Below are positions 29,795 through 39,089 of a stretch of DNA of 64,000 nt, in pieces; position 1 is the first letter of the stretch; every line of letters begins with the position of its first letter. The notes below the pieces were generated by a model that was given only the letters and a program-made list of their open reading frames with translations, was not told the origin of the DNA and made no database searches. The stretch spans positions 46,070 through 110,069 of the IMG/VR virus record IMGVR_UViG_3300032163_000003; one strand, 5' to 3'. The position numbers and the translations under genes were made by a program. The stretch comes from a virus.

Positions 29795-29818
29795 TCTTTC
29801 CCATTAGACGACCGGTCA
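29795..29818 (-). pseudogene. Orphan 5' fragment of a tRNA-Gln-like gene
   Basis: TGACCGG TC GTCT AATGGGAA AGA versus intact TGAGGGA TT GTCT AATGGAA AGAC about 30 nt downstream. Confidence 0.55.
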
Positions 29819-30319
29819 GTGAGCGGTTAAGAAGAATTCTGCAAACTCTTCCTTACCAAATCCGTCAAGAAGTTCCCAAAGTTCTGTTCTTGTAATAGAA
29901 TTTTCTTTATCGGTTGCCACAGAACCATATGAAGATTTTCCAGTAGAAAGATCTAAAAGAGTCATCTCTTTTGGATCAGTAGAGATCAACATAACTTCCT
30001 GCTTTCTATCAAAGAACTTTGTTTTGAGGATATATGATTCTTCTCCAAGTTCTTTAATAAACTTTTGTGTTGTCAACCATTTAAAGTTTTCACTCCAGTC
30101 ATTCCATTCATAATCCTCTAAGAAACTTACAACATTTTTAAGAGGAATATCTTTGTCTGTTCCAAATTCTATTGCAAAGTCAGTAAGAAGACCCTTTATG
30201 TCGTCACATAAATCATGAACTTTAATAAGATTTTGAAATGTAATGGGTTTTATTTTTACAAATTCTTGACTTCCGTGGGCGTATCTTTCACCTTGAATTT
30301 CCTTCTTCGCTTTTGCCAT
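29816..30319 (-). CDS. Hypothetical protein
   Basis: 167-aa ORF with AGGAG SD; its TGA is the first 3 nt of the Gln stub. Confidence 0.6.
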   Translation of the reverse strand: MAKAKKEIQGERYAHGSQEFVKIKPITFQNLIKVHDLCDDIKGLLTDFAIEFGTDKDIPLKNVVSFLEDYEWNDWSENFKWLTTQKFIKELGEESYILKTKFFDRKQEVMLISTDPKEMTLLDLSTGKSSYGSVATDKENSITRTELWELLDGFGKEEFAEFFLTAH

Positions 30320-30347
30320 TCTTATTCTCCTTTTGTTTCTTCCTGTG

Positions 30348-30554
30348 TCAATTTCTTTTCATGGATAGAAGAAAAATAACCGCGTAATCGCATGAATATT
30401 TACTAGATCTTAACCAGTTCTCCCTATTTAATCCACTAAGATAATTACTAACTTCGTCAAAATAAGTTGTACATATTGTAGAACATACGGGAAAAACTAT
30501 ACAATTAGAGCAAATTTTATTAATTATTTCCTTTGCTTGTCTTTCGATGTCCAT
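30348..30554 (-). CDS. CX2CX5CX3C-motif family protein
   Basis: CSNCIVFPVCSTIC. Confidence 0.5.
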   Translation of the reverse strand: MDIERQAKEIINKICSNCIVFPVCSTICTTYFDEVSNYLSGLNRENWLRSSKYSCDYAVIFLLSMKRN

Positions 30555-30562
30555 AAATATAC

Positions 30563-31666
30563 CTATTCATAATCTCTAATGGCAATTCCTACTCCAAAAA
30601 TAGGAACTCCTTCTTCGCTAAGTTCTTGATATCTAACAGTTAGTTCTTTACCGATGATATTATTTAAATCTTTCAACCACTCTCTTCTAAGCTCTCTAGA
30701 ACCTCTGGGTCGGACTTTAAGAGTTTTTCCATTTTCAAGATCACACACAAAAATTACACAACCTTCTTCTAATCCTTCTCCCTCACAACCGCCCACGATT
30801 TTGAACTCTTTATCTTCAAAGGTTTTGTATTTTTGTAAGTCTTTTGATCTATGATCAAAGATATATTTTCCATTTGCATTTCTTATAATTATTCCTTCAA
30901 ATCCTTGACTAACAAAAGCTTTATGCCAACCATATATTTCTTTTTCATTTTGAATTTCGACTGTAGGAACTCTTACTATATTAGCTTGATATCCATGAAT
31001 AGCAGTTGAGAACCAGTCATACCTCTCTCGAAAAGTCATACTAGGATCTGCCTTATCATATACCCAGTATTGTAATTGTTTTGTTGTTTCTCTCTCTTTT
31101 TTTAGATTTCTAATTATCTCTTGAAACGACCACCCAAATACAAAAATTTCACCATCCAAAATATCTTCTATATTTGCTGCTTTTGATATATCTGTAGTTA
31201 AGTGTCTTAGAGTAGTAAATTCTTTTCCCCCGCGACTTATGTATTTTATTTTATCTTCAGAAATTTTCTGAGCTAAACATCTCACTCCGTTTAATTTTGG
31301 TTGAGCGAAACATGGATATTTAATTTCACGTTTTCTATCTTGGAACTTTTGAGCAAGCATAGGAAGAATAATATCAGACTTTGTTTCCTCAGTTGGAATA
31401 GTTTCTATGTACTTTTGATCCTTCTTTGAAGTCCATAGAGATTTCGCGTCTGCACAAGCTTGTTCAAATGATGTTGTTTCATTTGACTTACCAATATTTT
31501 TTCCAGACTTTATATCTTTTGCTGATACTATAACTTTTCCATCTACATAACCATGACTTATTTCAATTGCAGGAGTCCCGTAATTATCTATTACTCGGAC
31601 TTTCCATTGTTTTAATTTTTTTGTAGAGCTTATTCCATACAACGTAGGAAATTCTTTTGTTTGCAT
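30563..31666 (-). CDS. lig: ATP-dependent DNA ligase
   Basis: PMLA, QPKLNGVRC, LDGEI, FEGIIIR, LQKYK, C-terminal OB fold ending IRDYE. Confidence 0.92.
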   Translation of the reverse strand: MQTKEFPTLYGISSTKKLKQWKVRVIDNYGTPAIEISHGYVDGKVIVSAKDIKSGKNIGKSNETTSFEQACADAKSLWTSKKDQKYIETIPTEETKSDIILPMLAQKFQDRKREIKYPCFAQPKLNGVRCLAQKISEDKIKYISRGGKEFTTLRHLTTDISKAANIEDILDGEIFVFGWSFQEIIRNLKKERETTKQLQYWVYDKADPSMTFRERYDWFSTAIHGYQANIVRVPTVEIQNEKEIYGWHKAFVSQGFEGIIIRNANGKYIFDHRSKDLQKYKTFEDKEFKIVGGCEGEGLEEGCVIFVCDLENGKTLKVRPRGSRELRREWLKDLNNIIGKELTVRYQELSEEGVPIFGVGIAIRDYE

Positions 31667-31933
31667 ATTATCCTTTCAATATAAACTACGAATAACAGTA
31701 CTGATCTTTTTTCCAATTATAGATTGATCTATTCTACAATTTGCTCTTACATTTTCCCAATCTCTATTTTTTTCTTCGATATATCCACAAGAAGTACATA
31801 CTATTACTTTATCGACTAAATTATTATGTAACCACACCTCTGTAGTTTTTCCACAGTTAGGGCATTCTATGTTATTAATCATCCATCCCATCTTTATCCT
31901 CCACACCACAAGTACAAACAGCCATTTTCACCT

Positions 31934-32119
31934 CTACTTATTCTTATGGTCAGTAGCGTACCAACCAGAACCTTTTAAATGGAAGGTACTTTTAGAAATG
32001 ATTTTCTTCATGTTTCCTAAACAGACTGGACAACATTTCTCACATGTTCCATTTGAATCTTTTTCTAACTTTTCTATAATCTTTCCACATTTAATGCATT
32101 CATATTCGTAAACTGGCAT
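31934..32119 (-). CDS. FmdB-family zinc ribbon protein
   Basis: MPVYEYECIKCG...CPVC...FHLKGSGWYATD. Confidence 0.85.
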   Translation of the reverse strand: MPVYEYECIKCGKIIEKLEKDSNGTCEKCCPVCLGNMKKIISKSTFHLKGSGWYATDHKNK

Positions 32120-32387
32120 TACACCTCCATAAATCTGGAGAATGATTCTAGCATGTTACTTTTATTTTTATCCAATTGAAACTTAGTACAATATCCAAAA
32201 ATAGAAACGCTTAGTTTTCTTACTTGGTTGTGCTTTATATGTAAATATGAATTACTTGAACAAGTTCCAAAAACGCTGTTTTCGACATTTCCTTTTTCAA
32301 AGAAAGAACACAAAGCACAACAATTTAAAACTTTATATCCAATTAGATTTAGTTCTTTTAGTTTATTCTCATCCATTTATAACCTCT

Positions 32388-32470
32388 TGGTGCCGAAGAG
32401 GAGACTCGAACTCCTATGGTTTCCCGCTACTTTCTAAGAGTAGTATGTATACCAATTCCATCACTCCGGC
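32388..32470 (-). tRNA. tRNA-Leu(UAG)
   Basis: CTACT-CT TAG AA-AGTAG; ACCA. Confidence 0.9.
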
Positions 32471-33061
32471 ATCTTAATTTAACATACTCTTTTTATTAAC
32501 CGAACTTTCTTAGCCATTTTAGTGCCTTTTGGCCAAGTGCCACTTGACTTAAAAATAATTTTTCCATACTTCAAATCATTATAACCAAACTTTTGTTCAG
32601 AAGAAGGTTTAAAAACGTCCAGAACTTGAACTGACCAAATTTGCTCATCTTCTGTGTATAATTTAAAAATTTTTGCTGAACGAAGACTAGTAAAAAATGT
32701 TAAATAGTTTCCCATTTTTACTAGCCACTTCGGAGCGGTATTAAATCTATTTCGTCTATATCTTACTAGAGCTTTTCCTTCAACTATACAAGATTTTAAA
32801 CCACCTTTCGGTCCTACTTTTACAACTTTGTATCCTTTCATTATTCACCTCAAACCTGTTATTGTTACATTATCAGCTAAACCAACGTTATCAAATATTT
32901 CTGTGAGTGTTCCTTCAACAGTAATCAGTTTTCTTTCGTTATTTGGAAGTAGTTCACCTGTTAAAGTTTCAAGCAGTTCTATAACTTTGTCTTCATCTTT
33001 CTTGTTTTTTAAAGTCAGTTCTATAATATACTTTCTAATCATTTTTCCTCCATAAAAAATT

Positions 33062-33149
33062 TGGTGCCCGAGACCGGACTCGAACCGGTATGGCGTTTAA
33101 CGCCGAGGAGTTTTAAGCCCCTTGTGCAAACCAATTCCACCACTCGGGC
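33062..33149 (-). tRNA. tRNA-Leu(UAA)
   Basis: AGGGG-CT TAA AA-CTCCT; long variable arm; ACCA. Confidence 0.9.
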
Positions 33150-33490
33150 ATATTTACTACCTACAGTCCCATATTCGATATTGATATTTTTTATCTTTCT
33201 TTTGAAGTTTCTGCGCTTCTAACATAGCATTTTCATATGTTCCCTCTACTTCTTTAATAAATGTCCACTCTTTGTCTTTTCCTTGTTTGCTGATCGGAAA
33301 TTTTTTCATATTATTCTCCTTCAGTAGTTTTTCTACATGTCTAAAAGAAAGCAGAACACAATCCGGATCACAAGAAAACCCATCGCATTCTGTAACGTGT
33401 CCAACAAACTTATAATCCGGACATACTTTCTCTGCAAATTCAACAAATATTTTACATACTGGAGTTTCCATGATATTCTCCTTTTATTTT

Positions 33491-33568
<78 letters not shown>

Positions 33569-33723
33569 ATTTTATGCTTCAAACACATGTTTACATTCAG
33601 GACACGTTCGTTTTTCTTTTATCCCATTATCAACAGCTTTGAATTTATAACCGCATTTAGGACATTGCACCCTACTTATATCAAAACCATTCATTATTCT
33701 ATCTCCTCTTCTTATAAAGTTAG

Positions 33724-33797
33724 TAGCAGTGGGTGGAGTCGAACCATCTACCTAAGCCTTATCAGGACTTTGCTCTAACCAGTTGAGCTACACTGCT
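33724..33797 (-). tRNA. tRNA-Ile(GAU)
   Basis: AAGTC-CT GAT AA-GGCTT; ends A-CTA. Confidence 0.88.
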
Positions 33798-34330
33798 AAT
33801 TTCCTTTCTTCTTTCGCCATCCTGTCATACAAAACTATATAAACTGCTGCTGACAAGTTCGTACAATGGATACTAGGAATAACTATAAATCTATGACAAT
33901 GCCTCAAGAAAGTTTGCGGTATTCCCCCATCTTCAGGACCAAAAACATACACAGCATTTTTTGGATGCTCAAAGTGTACTAGATTTTCAGAATTTTCTCT
34001 TACTTCGACTGCTACAGGAACAATACCTTTTGGAAAACGATTGAAGGGATATTCGTCGCTAATGATTTGTATTTCCTTATAATCCTTCATTCTCTCTTCT
34101 CTTGGTAATCGATACTTTCCATTTTCTGTTTCTAAGTTTAATCTGTTCCCAGTAAAAATCACTGCCTTCGCACCAAAACAAGAACAAGCTCTTACTACAT
34201 TTCCCAAGTTATGAATGTATTTTGGATTGTAGAGAATAATAGAGGGGGCTATATCTTCTTCAAATAGTTCACCTTCTTTTTTAACTTTAATCAAATCGCC
34301 GAACGTAAAATCTTGTAACGTTGCTTTCAT
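33788..34330 (-). CDS. SpoU/TrmH-family RNA 2'-O-methyltransferase; stop inside tRNA-Ile
   Basis: NLGNVVRAC..FG, YVFGPEDGG, TNLSAAV. Confidence 0.85.
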   Translation of the reverse strand: MKATLQDFTFGDLIKVKKEGELFEEDIAPSIILYNPKYIHNLGNVVRACSCFGAKAVIFTGNRLNLETENGKYRLPREERMKDYKEIQIISDEYPFNRFPKGIVPVAVEVRENSENLVHFEHPKNAVYVFGPEDGGIPQTFLRHCHRFIVIPSIHCTNLSAAVYIVLYDRMAKEERKLAV

Positions 34331-34341
34331 TATTCACCCCA

Positions 34342-34773
34342 CTATTTATTAACAAGTATTATCGTTCCGCCATAGTCAATACAAACTTTATTTTCGTATA
34401 TGAAAGAATCATCTTCATCTTTACTATTTCCAACAACATAATGATTCAGAACTTTTCTAAGATTATAATCTTCATCGGGTTTGTGAATCATCTTTTTTAA
34501 CCAGTCTTTCTTTATAACTGAACTAAGTTTATTAATTTCATGATCAACTTCGTCAGTTATAATTTCTATAAATTTTTTTCCTTTATCTATTAAGATATAT
34601 TCGAATGACATAGTAGAAGATGATCGATCAGTACTACCAGAAATCCACATTACTTCTGGATCTTTTAAACATATTTCATTAATTAAGGTATCTTCTTTGC
34701 AATCTTTTGATGAGCAACATGGTTTGACTAAACATGTTTTGCAAACTAAAGTCTTTTTCACTTTTTTCTCCAT
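34342..34773 (-). CDS. CX2CX5C-motif family protein
   Basis: CKTCLVKPCCSSKDC. Confidence 0.45.
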   Translation of the reverse strand: MEKKVKKTLVCKTCLVKPCCSSKDCKEDTLINEICLKDPEVMWISGSTDRSSSTMSFEYILIDKGKKFIEIITDEVDHEINKLSSVIKKDWLKKMIHKPDEDYNLRKVLNHYVVGNSKDEDDSFIYENKVCIDYGGTIILVNK

Positions 34774-34779
34774 TCTTGT

Positions 34780-34855
34780 TGGAGCGGGTAACGAGATTTG
34801 AACTCGTAAGCAACCAGTTTGGAAAACTGGCGTTCTACCATTGAACTATACCCGC
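34780..34855 (-). tRNA. tRNA-Gly(UCC)
   Basis: CCAGT-TT TCC AA-ACTGG; U73 CCA. Confidence 0.9.
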
Positions 34856-34866
34856 TTTAGTTTGTC

Positions 34867-34953
34867 TGGCGGAGGGTGCAAGACTCGAACTCGCAAGTCT
34901 GTTACAACGGTGGGGTTCAGACCCACTCCCTTACCAATTAGGGTTAACCCTCC
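34867..34953 (-). tRNA. tRNA-Ser(UGA) with C33
   Basis: GGAGGGT/ACCCTCC GCCA; GTGGG-TC TGA AC-CCCAC; long variable arm. Confidence 0.82.
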
Positions 34954-35660
34954 TCATATAATTTAATAAAATCTTTTCCATATGTGTCTATTACATACGA
35001 AAATATATTTTTCATTTCTTCTTTCATTAATACTACTAATTTTCCTGGAAATTGTTTAATCTTTTCGTTAGTTTGCTCACATAGAAATGATTTTACTTCT
35101 ATATAGGTATCATCAGGATATTTATAGTCTGGAACATATTTATAAACTTTTCCGTTCCAAAAGTAATCAAACTTTTTAGAATTTCTTTTAAACTGAATTT
35201 TGTTATCTAAATGATAGATAACAAAAGCCAATTCCCAAGATGAGTCACACCAGAATCCTTTGTACCAGCCTTTCTTCCCGATTCCAGATCCTTGTCTGTA
35301 TCCTCCATTATTAGATATTAAAGCTTTCTCTTTTATTTTTCTTCTTCGCTCTTTCTCTTTCTCTTCAGTTTTGGCCATTCCAGTAAGATGTAAACTAGAG
35401 ATTGACTTAGAAAGTTTCTTTTTAACTTCTATACTTCTTTCTTTTCCAAATATCTCCTCGTAATTTTTTCCTTTAAGTGGAGACAATTTTCCTAACCATG
35501 GTTTTGGATGCCCATTTTTCCACTTTGGACATTTTCCTTTTTTCTTTAAACTATCAAGTCTTCGTTTTTCTGGACATTTATTCATACTATTAGAACAGCA
35601 CCACTTTCCGTTCTTAAACTGATATTTTGCTTCTTTTTTACAACCATATAAACATAACAT
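34944..35660 (-). CDS. Homing-type endonuclease: CxYGC module + PD-(D/E)XK domain; stop inside tRNA-Ser
   Basis: MLCLYGCKKEAKYQFKNGKWCCS; DSSWE...YVPDY...YIEVKS; ends LYEEG*. Confidence 0.8.
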   Translation of the reverse strand: MLCLYGCKKEAKYQFKNGKWCCSNSMNKCPEKRRLDSLKKKGKCPKWKNGHPKPWLGKLSPLKGKNYEEIFGKERSIEVKKKLSKSISSLHLTGMAKTEEKEKERRRKIKEKALISNNGGYRQGSGIGKKGWYKGFWCDSSWELAFVIYHLDNKIQFKRNSKKFDYFWNGKVYKYVPDYKYPDDTYIEVKSFLCEQTNEKIKQFPGKLVVLMKEEMKNIFSYVIDTYGKDFIKLYEEG

Positions 35661-35661
35661 A

Positions 35662-35699
35662 TTTTGATCTCCTATTTATTTGTTCTAAGAAGATCAAAA
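35662..35699 (-). promoter_or_regulatory. SD-occluding hairpin with promoter-like motif in the loop
   Basis: TTTTGATCTTCT/AGGAGATCAAAA 12-bp stem; loop contains AGAACAAATAAAT. Confidence 0.65.
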
Positions 35700-35732
35700 C
35701 TTGCGCCATAAACCAGACTCGGCCAACTCTCC
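35694..35732 (-). pseudogene. Orphan 5' half of tRNA-Ser(UGA), broken just after the anticodon
   Basis: GGAGAGT TG GCCGAGTCTGGTTTATGGC G CAAGT TT TGA. Confidence 0.8.
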
Positions 35733-35740
35733 GTTTTCTT

Positions 35741-36058
35741 TTAAGAACTTATAGCTCCTGGTTGTCCTTCTACTGCAGGACCTACAGGTTCATATAAATA
35801 CCAACCAATTAAAATTATCGGAACAACTACTGTTTCAAAAAGAATTACACTCCAGATTATGTTTCCAACAATAACTCTGTACTCGACTTTTGGATTTCTT
35901 TTGTCTATATTAAAAAGACCGTATTGCTGAAACTTATATGTTTTTACAATCTCTTCTTCTCCTTCTTTAACCTTAACCGAAATATTCCTATCAAATCCAC
36001 AAGAAATCGTAGCAAGTAAAAACACTACCATTATTAAACAACAAATAATCTTTTTCAT
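35741..36058 (-). CDS. Putative lipoprotein / membrane protein
   Basis: Signal peptide ending TISC; second hydrophobic segment. Confidence 0.55.
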   Translation of the reverse strand: MKKIICCLIMVVFLLATISCGFDRNISVKVKEGEEEIVKTYKFQQYGLFNIDKRNPKVEYRVIVGNIIWSVILFETVVVPIILIGWYLYEPVGPAVEGQPGAISS

Positions 36059-36395
36059 AATTCTCCTTTCAGATCTTCATCTAAAATTTTGCTTCTTGTT
36101 TTATATCCATACTCGCAAAGCATATTTATTCTACTTTCCATACTTTAACTGAGAAGTTATCGTGAGGATAATTGTGCCATTCTCTCCAGTCGTTTGAACT
36201 AAGATTTTTGATCATTCTCTCATACATTTCAGAAGAAGAATGTTCTTCTTTACAAAAATCAACCATTCTTTTCCATTCAGAAACTAAACGATCTCTCTCT
36301 TCTAGAATAGCTTTTTCAGCTTTTTCTTGCGACGACAAAATTCTTACTACGTGTCCACTCTCACAGTCATATTCTTGAATAATCCAAACTTCCAT

Positions 36396-36827
36396 TTAGT
36401 TTCTCCTCAGTTCTTCTCTTACTTTCATCAAAATTTTTCCTAAATTATTCTCTCCTTTTCCTGTTCTTAAGTCTATTCCCCAATATGTATCATTCCAATA
36501 GTTTCCTTCTTGGAGAATAGAATCTCCAGTGTTTAGAAGCATCTGTTTTAGAACTAGGTTGTTCATAAACTTCTTACGAACTAATTCGTACATAATCCCA
36601 TACTTTATCTCGTTCCATCCGTTTCTTAGTTTTACTTTCTTTCCTAGTCTTTTTGTGTCACCTGGAGTTTCACAAACTAGAATTTGTTGTCTATAATTCT
36701 TGTCAAGAGATTTTGCTGCTTGATATGCGTGTTCCAAAGTTTTATATACAACCTCGTCATAGCTTACCAAAGAAGGATAGAAGTTTGAAAGGAACCTAAA
36801 CTCTTTCTGAAACTCTTTTACTATCAT
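36396..36827 (-). CDS. NADAR (YbiA-like) family protein
   Basis: FLSNFY, EHAYQAAK, LLNTGD..L.EGN.W.D.YWG, G.N.LGKILM.VRE. Confidence 0.92.
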   Translation of the reverse strand: MIVKEFQKEFRFLSNFYPSLVSYDEVVYKTLEHAYQAAKSLDKNYRQQILVCETPGDTKRLGKKVKLRNGWNEIKYGIMYELVRKKFMNNLVLKQMLLNTGDSILQEGNYWNDTYWGIDLRTGKGENNLGKILMKVREELRRN

Positions 36828-37798
36828 TATTTCTCCTTTAACAAATACTTATTCGAAAGCCTCTTCAACCACTTTCTTCCCACATAGTTGTCTAACTGTT
36901 CCTTCTCAGACCTAATCACAATGCCTTCTCGAATGTGACAGCCGTTCCCAAGAACAGTTAATCCATCTGCTAGTTCTTCAATTACTTTTAATGAAAAAGG
37001 TCCTCTATATAGAACCGGAGGTGTCTTGAAATCTAGTTCCTTACAAATAGACTCTACCTCATCCCAGTCAAGAAACTTTCCATTTACCTGAATATCGAAA
37101 ACTATGAAGTTCTGGTTAGTAAGACCATATGTAAGATTCTGTACTGACTTTCCGTAAATCTCTGCGTATGGGATTGCGTCTTCCGAACGCCATTTATTTA
37201 GAACTTTGTCTTCTAATCCATACTTTGTAGCTATTAAAGAATATATGCTTCCACCCGGATGTTTCTTGATATTGAAATGACTTCCAACGTAAAAAACATT
37301 TTCGACAACACCAAATCTAAAGTTGGTTCCATGAATCTTTTCTGTTATGAAAACCTCTTCTCCAACCTTGAAAACGTCTGGAAAGTTTTGAATTCTTTCA
37401 ATGTCTGTCTTGTATGAAAATCCAGCTACGTTAGGAGCATTATCTCCACCAAAACTAACTGGATCTGGTGGTTCGTATTTTTTAACTCCTAATTCTTCTG
37501 TGACATCTTGTCCTTCTATCCAACCTTCCTTAGATGGAACTAGAAGACCCTGACTAAGAATCTTTCTTAGTTTAATAGTTTTGATTCTAAAGTGTCTATC
37601 TCTCAAAAACTCCCATTCAGAAGTTTCAGGAAGGATAGAATCAATTGGTATATAAGCGCCCAAACTTTTTCCTTCGAAGTCAGTTGTTTTTACTACACAC
37701 TGCCATTGTGTTTCACCTACAGTTGCTATAGATAGGGTATCAGCGTTTGGATGCTTTTCAAGTTTGAAAGAAACAACTTTAACTGAAAATTGACTCAT
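36827..37798 (-). CDS. RNA ligase, DRB0094 (Rnl5) family
   Basis: N-terminal HPNAD.L OB domain, SQGLL, TEKIHGTN, REGIVIR. Confidence 0.88.
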   Translation of the reverse strand: MSQFSVKVVSFKLEKHPNADTLSIATVGETQWQCVVKTTDFEGKSLGAYIPIDSILPETSEWEFLRDRHFRIKTIKLRKILSQGLLVPSKEGWIEGQDVTEELGVKKYEPPDPVSFGGDNAPNVAGFSYKTDIERIQNFPDVFKVGEEVFITEKIHGTNFRFGVVENVFYVGSHFNIKKHPGGSIYSLIATKYGLEDKVLNKWRSEDAIPYAEIYGKSVQNLTYGLTNQNFIVFDIQVNGKFLDWDEVESICKELDFKTPPVLYRGPFSLKVIEELADGLTVLGNGCHIREGIVIRSEKEQLDNYVGRKWLKRLSNKYLLKEK

Positions 37799-38297
37799 TG
37801 ATTTTTTCCTCCTTTTTACTTCCCGAATCTAGTCTCATTCTGTGACATTTAGCGCAAGTAGTTATCCAATTTGATTGTTCCATCAAAGTATAATCTTTTG
37901 CGATAGATGTACAATGCATTGATAAAGACTGTTGTGTGTCTTGAATTTCTTCTTCATTTATTTTTCCACATAATTCACAGTTTTGTTTCCCAAACAACTC
38001 TTTAGCTTTGTCATGCTAGTAAAGACTACATCCTCCTTTCCATGACGAATGACTTTCTCCATATTTTCCAAATAAATAGTTATTTTTTCCAGAATTAGAT
38101 AGATTTTTTCTTCCAAGTTTTAATTCTCTAATCCTTCTTCTAACTTCTAATCTTTTAGTTGGGTTATTTTCCCCAGAAAAAGCTTTCCTTCTTTCTGAAC
38201 ATTTTTTGTAATGATCTGAACAGCATAACCTTCCATTCTTAAATTGATATTTTGCTTCTTGTCCACAACCATAATCACACAATCTCATTAAAGTCAC
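37779..38297 (-). pseudogene. CxYGCG-module HNH-like endonuclease interrupted by an in-frame TAG
   Basis: 38016..38297 and 37779..37997 share a frame: SLY*HDKAKELFGK...NWITTCAKCH. Confidence 0.65.
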
Positions 38298-38299
38298 CT

Positions 38300-38779
38300 T
38301 TACATAAAACTTTCTACCATCGATGGTCTATTACTTTTTAAATAATGAGCGATGAGTTTTCCAATTTCCTTCGCTTCAGCTTCAACATATCCGTCTTTTA
38401 TTAAATCTTGTTGAAATCTCAATACCGTCAGATATAAAGCATCTTGACTAATCCACTCTCTTCCAAGACTAGCTAAGAACATTTGAAAGATTTTTGGAAT
38501 TACTACGCCCTTATGCTTCCATTCAATCTCTCTTCTCTTTTGTACGTCTTTTCTCCAGCTGTTTAGATTCATACAACATCCTTCTTCAGCATAGAGTTCC
38601 TTTCGATAGATCTCTCCAAGATTTCCTGGAAGTTGCATGAGCATACATATATATCTTTTTCTATCTTCGTTCCATTCTAAAGCCGGACAAACTTCAGCTG
38701 AAGTATAAAGTCTAACTGCTGCTCCGCATTTAGCTTTGAAGCAGCAGAATCCACATCCAATACATTCATCTATTTTCAT
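38300..38779 (-). CDS. CxxCxxCC (YkgJ-like) Cys-cluster protein
   Basis: CIGCGFCC...CPAL...YIC. Confidence 0.45.
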   Translation of the reverse strand: MKIDECIGCGFCCFKAKCGAAVRLYTSAEVCPALEWNEDRKRYICMLMQLPGNLGEIYRKELYAEEGCCMNLNSWRKDVQKRREIEWKHKGVVIPKIFQMFLASLGREWISQDALYLTVLRFQQDLIKDGYVEAEAKEIGKLIAHYLKSNRPSMVESFM

Positions 38780-38991
38780 TTTTTACCTACGACTTTCTCA
38801 ACCCAGTCCAAGTGTCCGGTCCCATTACATTTTTCACAAAACACCTCTGCTTTCCAAGAAATGTACCCAGAAAATCCAACAATATCAAAATCATGTTTTG
38901 TGTATCTTCCTTTTCCTTTACATCTTGGGCAGTTGTACTTGGGTTCTCCAATAAGAACATCGCACAACCAGAAAATTATTCTCTCTAACAT
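38776..38991 (-). CDS. CxxCxGxG/DW family protein
   Basis: CPRCKGKG...CEKCNGTGHLDWVEKVVG. Confidence 0.65.
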   Translation of the reverse strand: MLERIIFWLCDVLIGEPKYNCPRCKGKGRYTKHDFDIVGFSGYISWKAEVFCEKCNGTGHLDWVEKVVGKK

Positions 38992-39014
38992 TTTCTCCCC
39001 CCTTAGTAATTTTT

Positions 39015-39089
39015 TGGAGCCACCAGAAGGATTCGAACCCTCGAAAGTTGATTACAGGTCAACCATTTTTCCATCTAAATTATAGTGGC
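39015..39089 (-). tRNA. tRNA-Thr(UGU) with C33
   Basis: GCCACTA/TGGTGGC TCCA; GTTGA-CC TGT AA-TCAAC. Confidence 0.8.
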
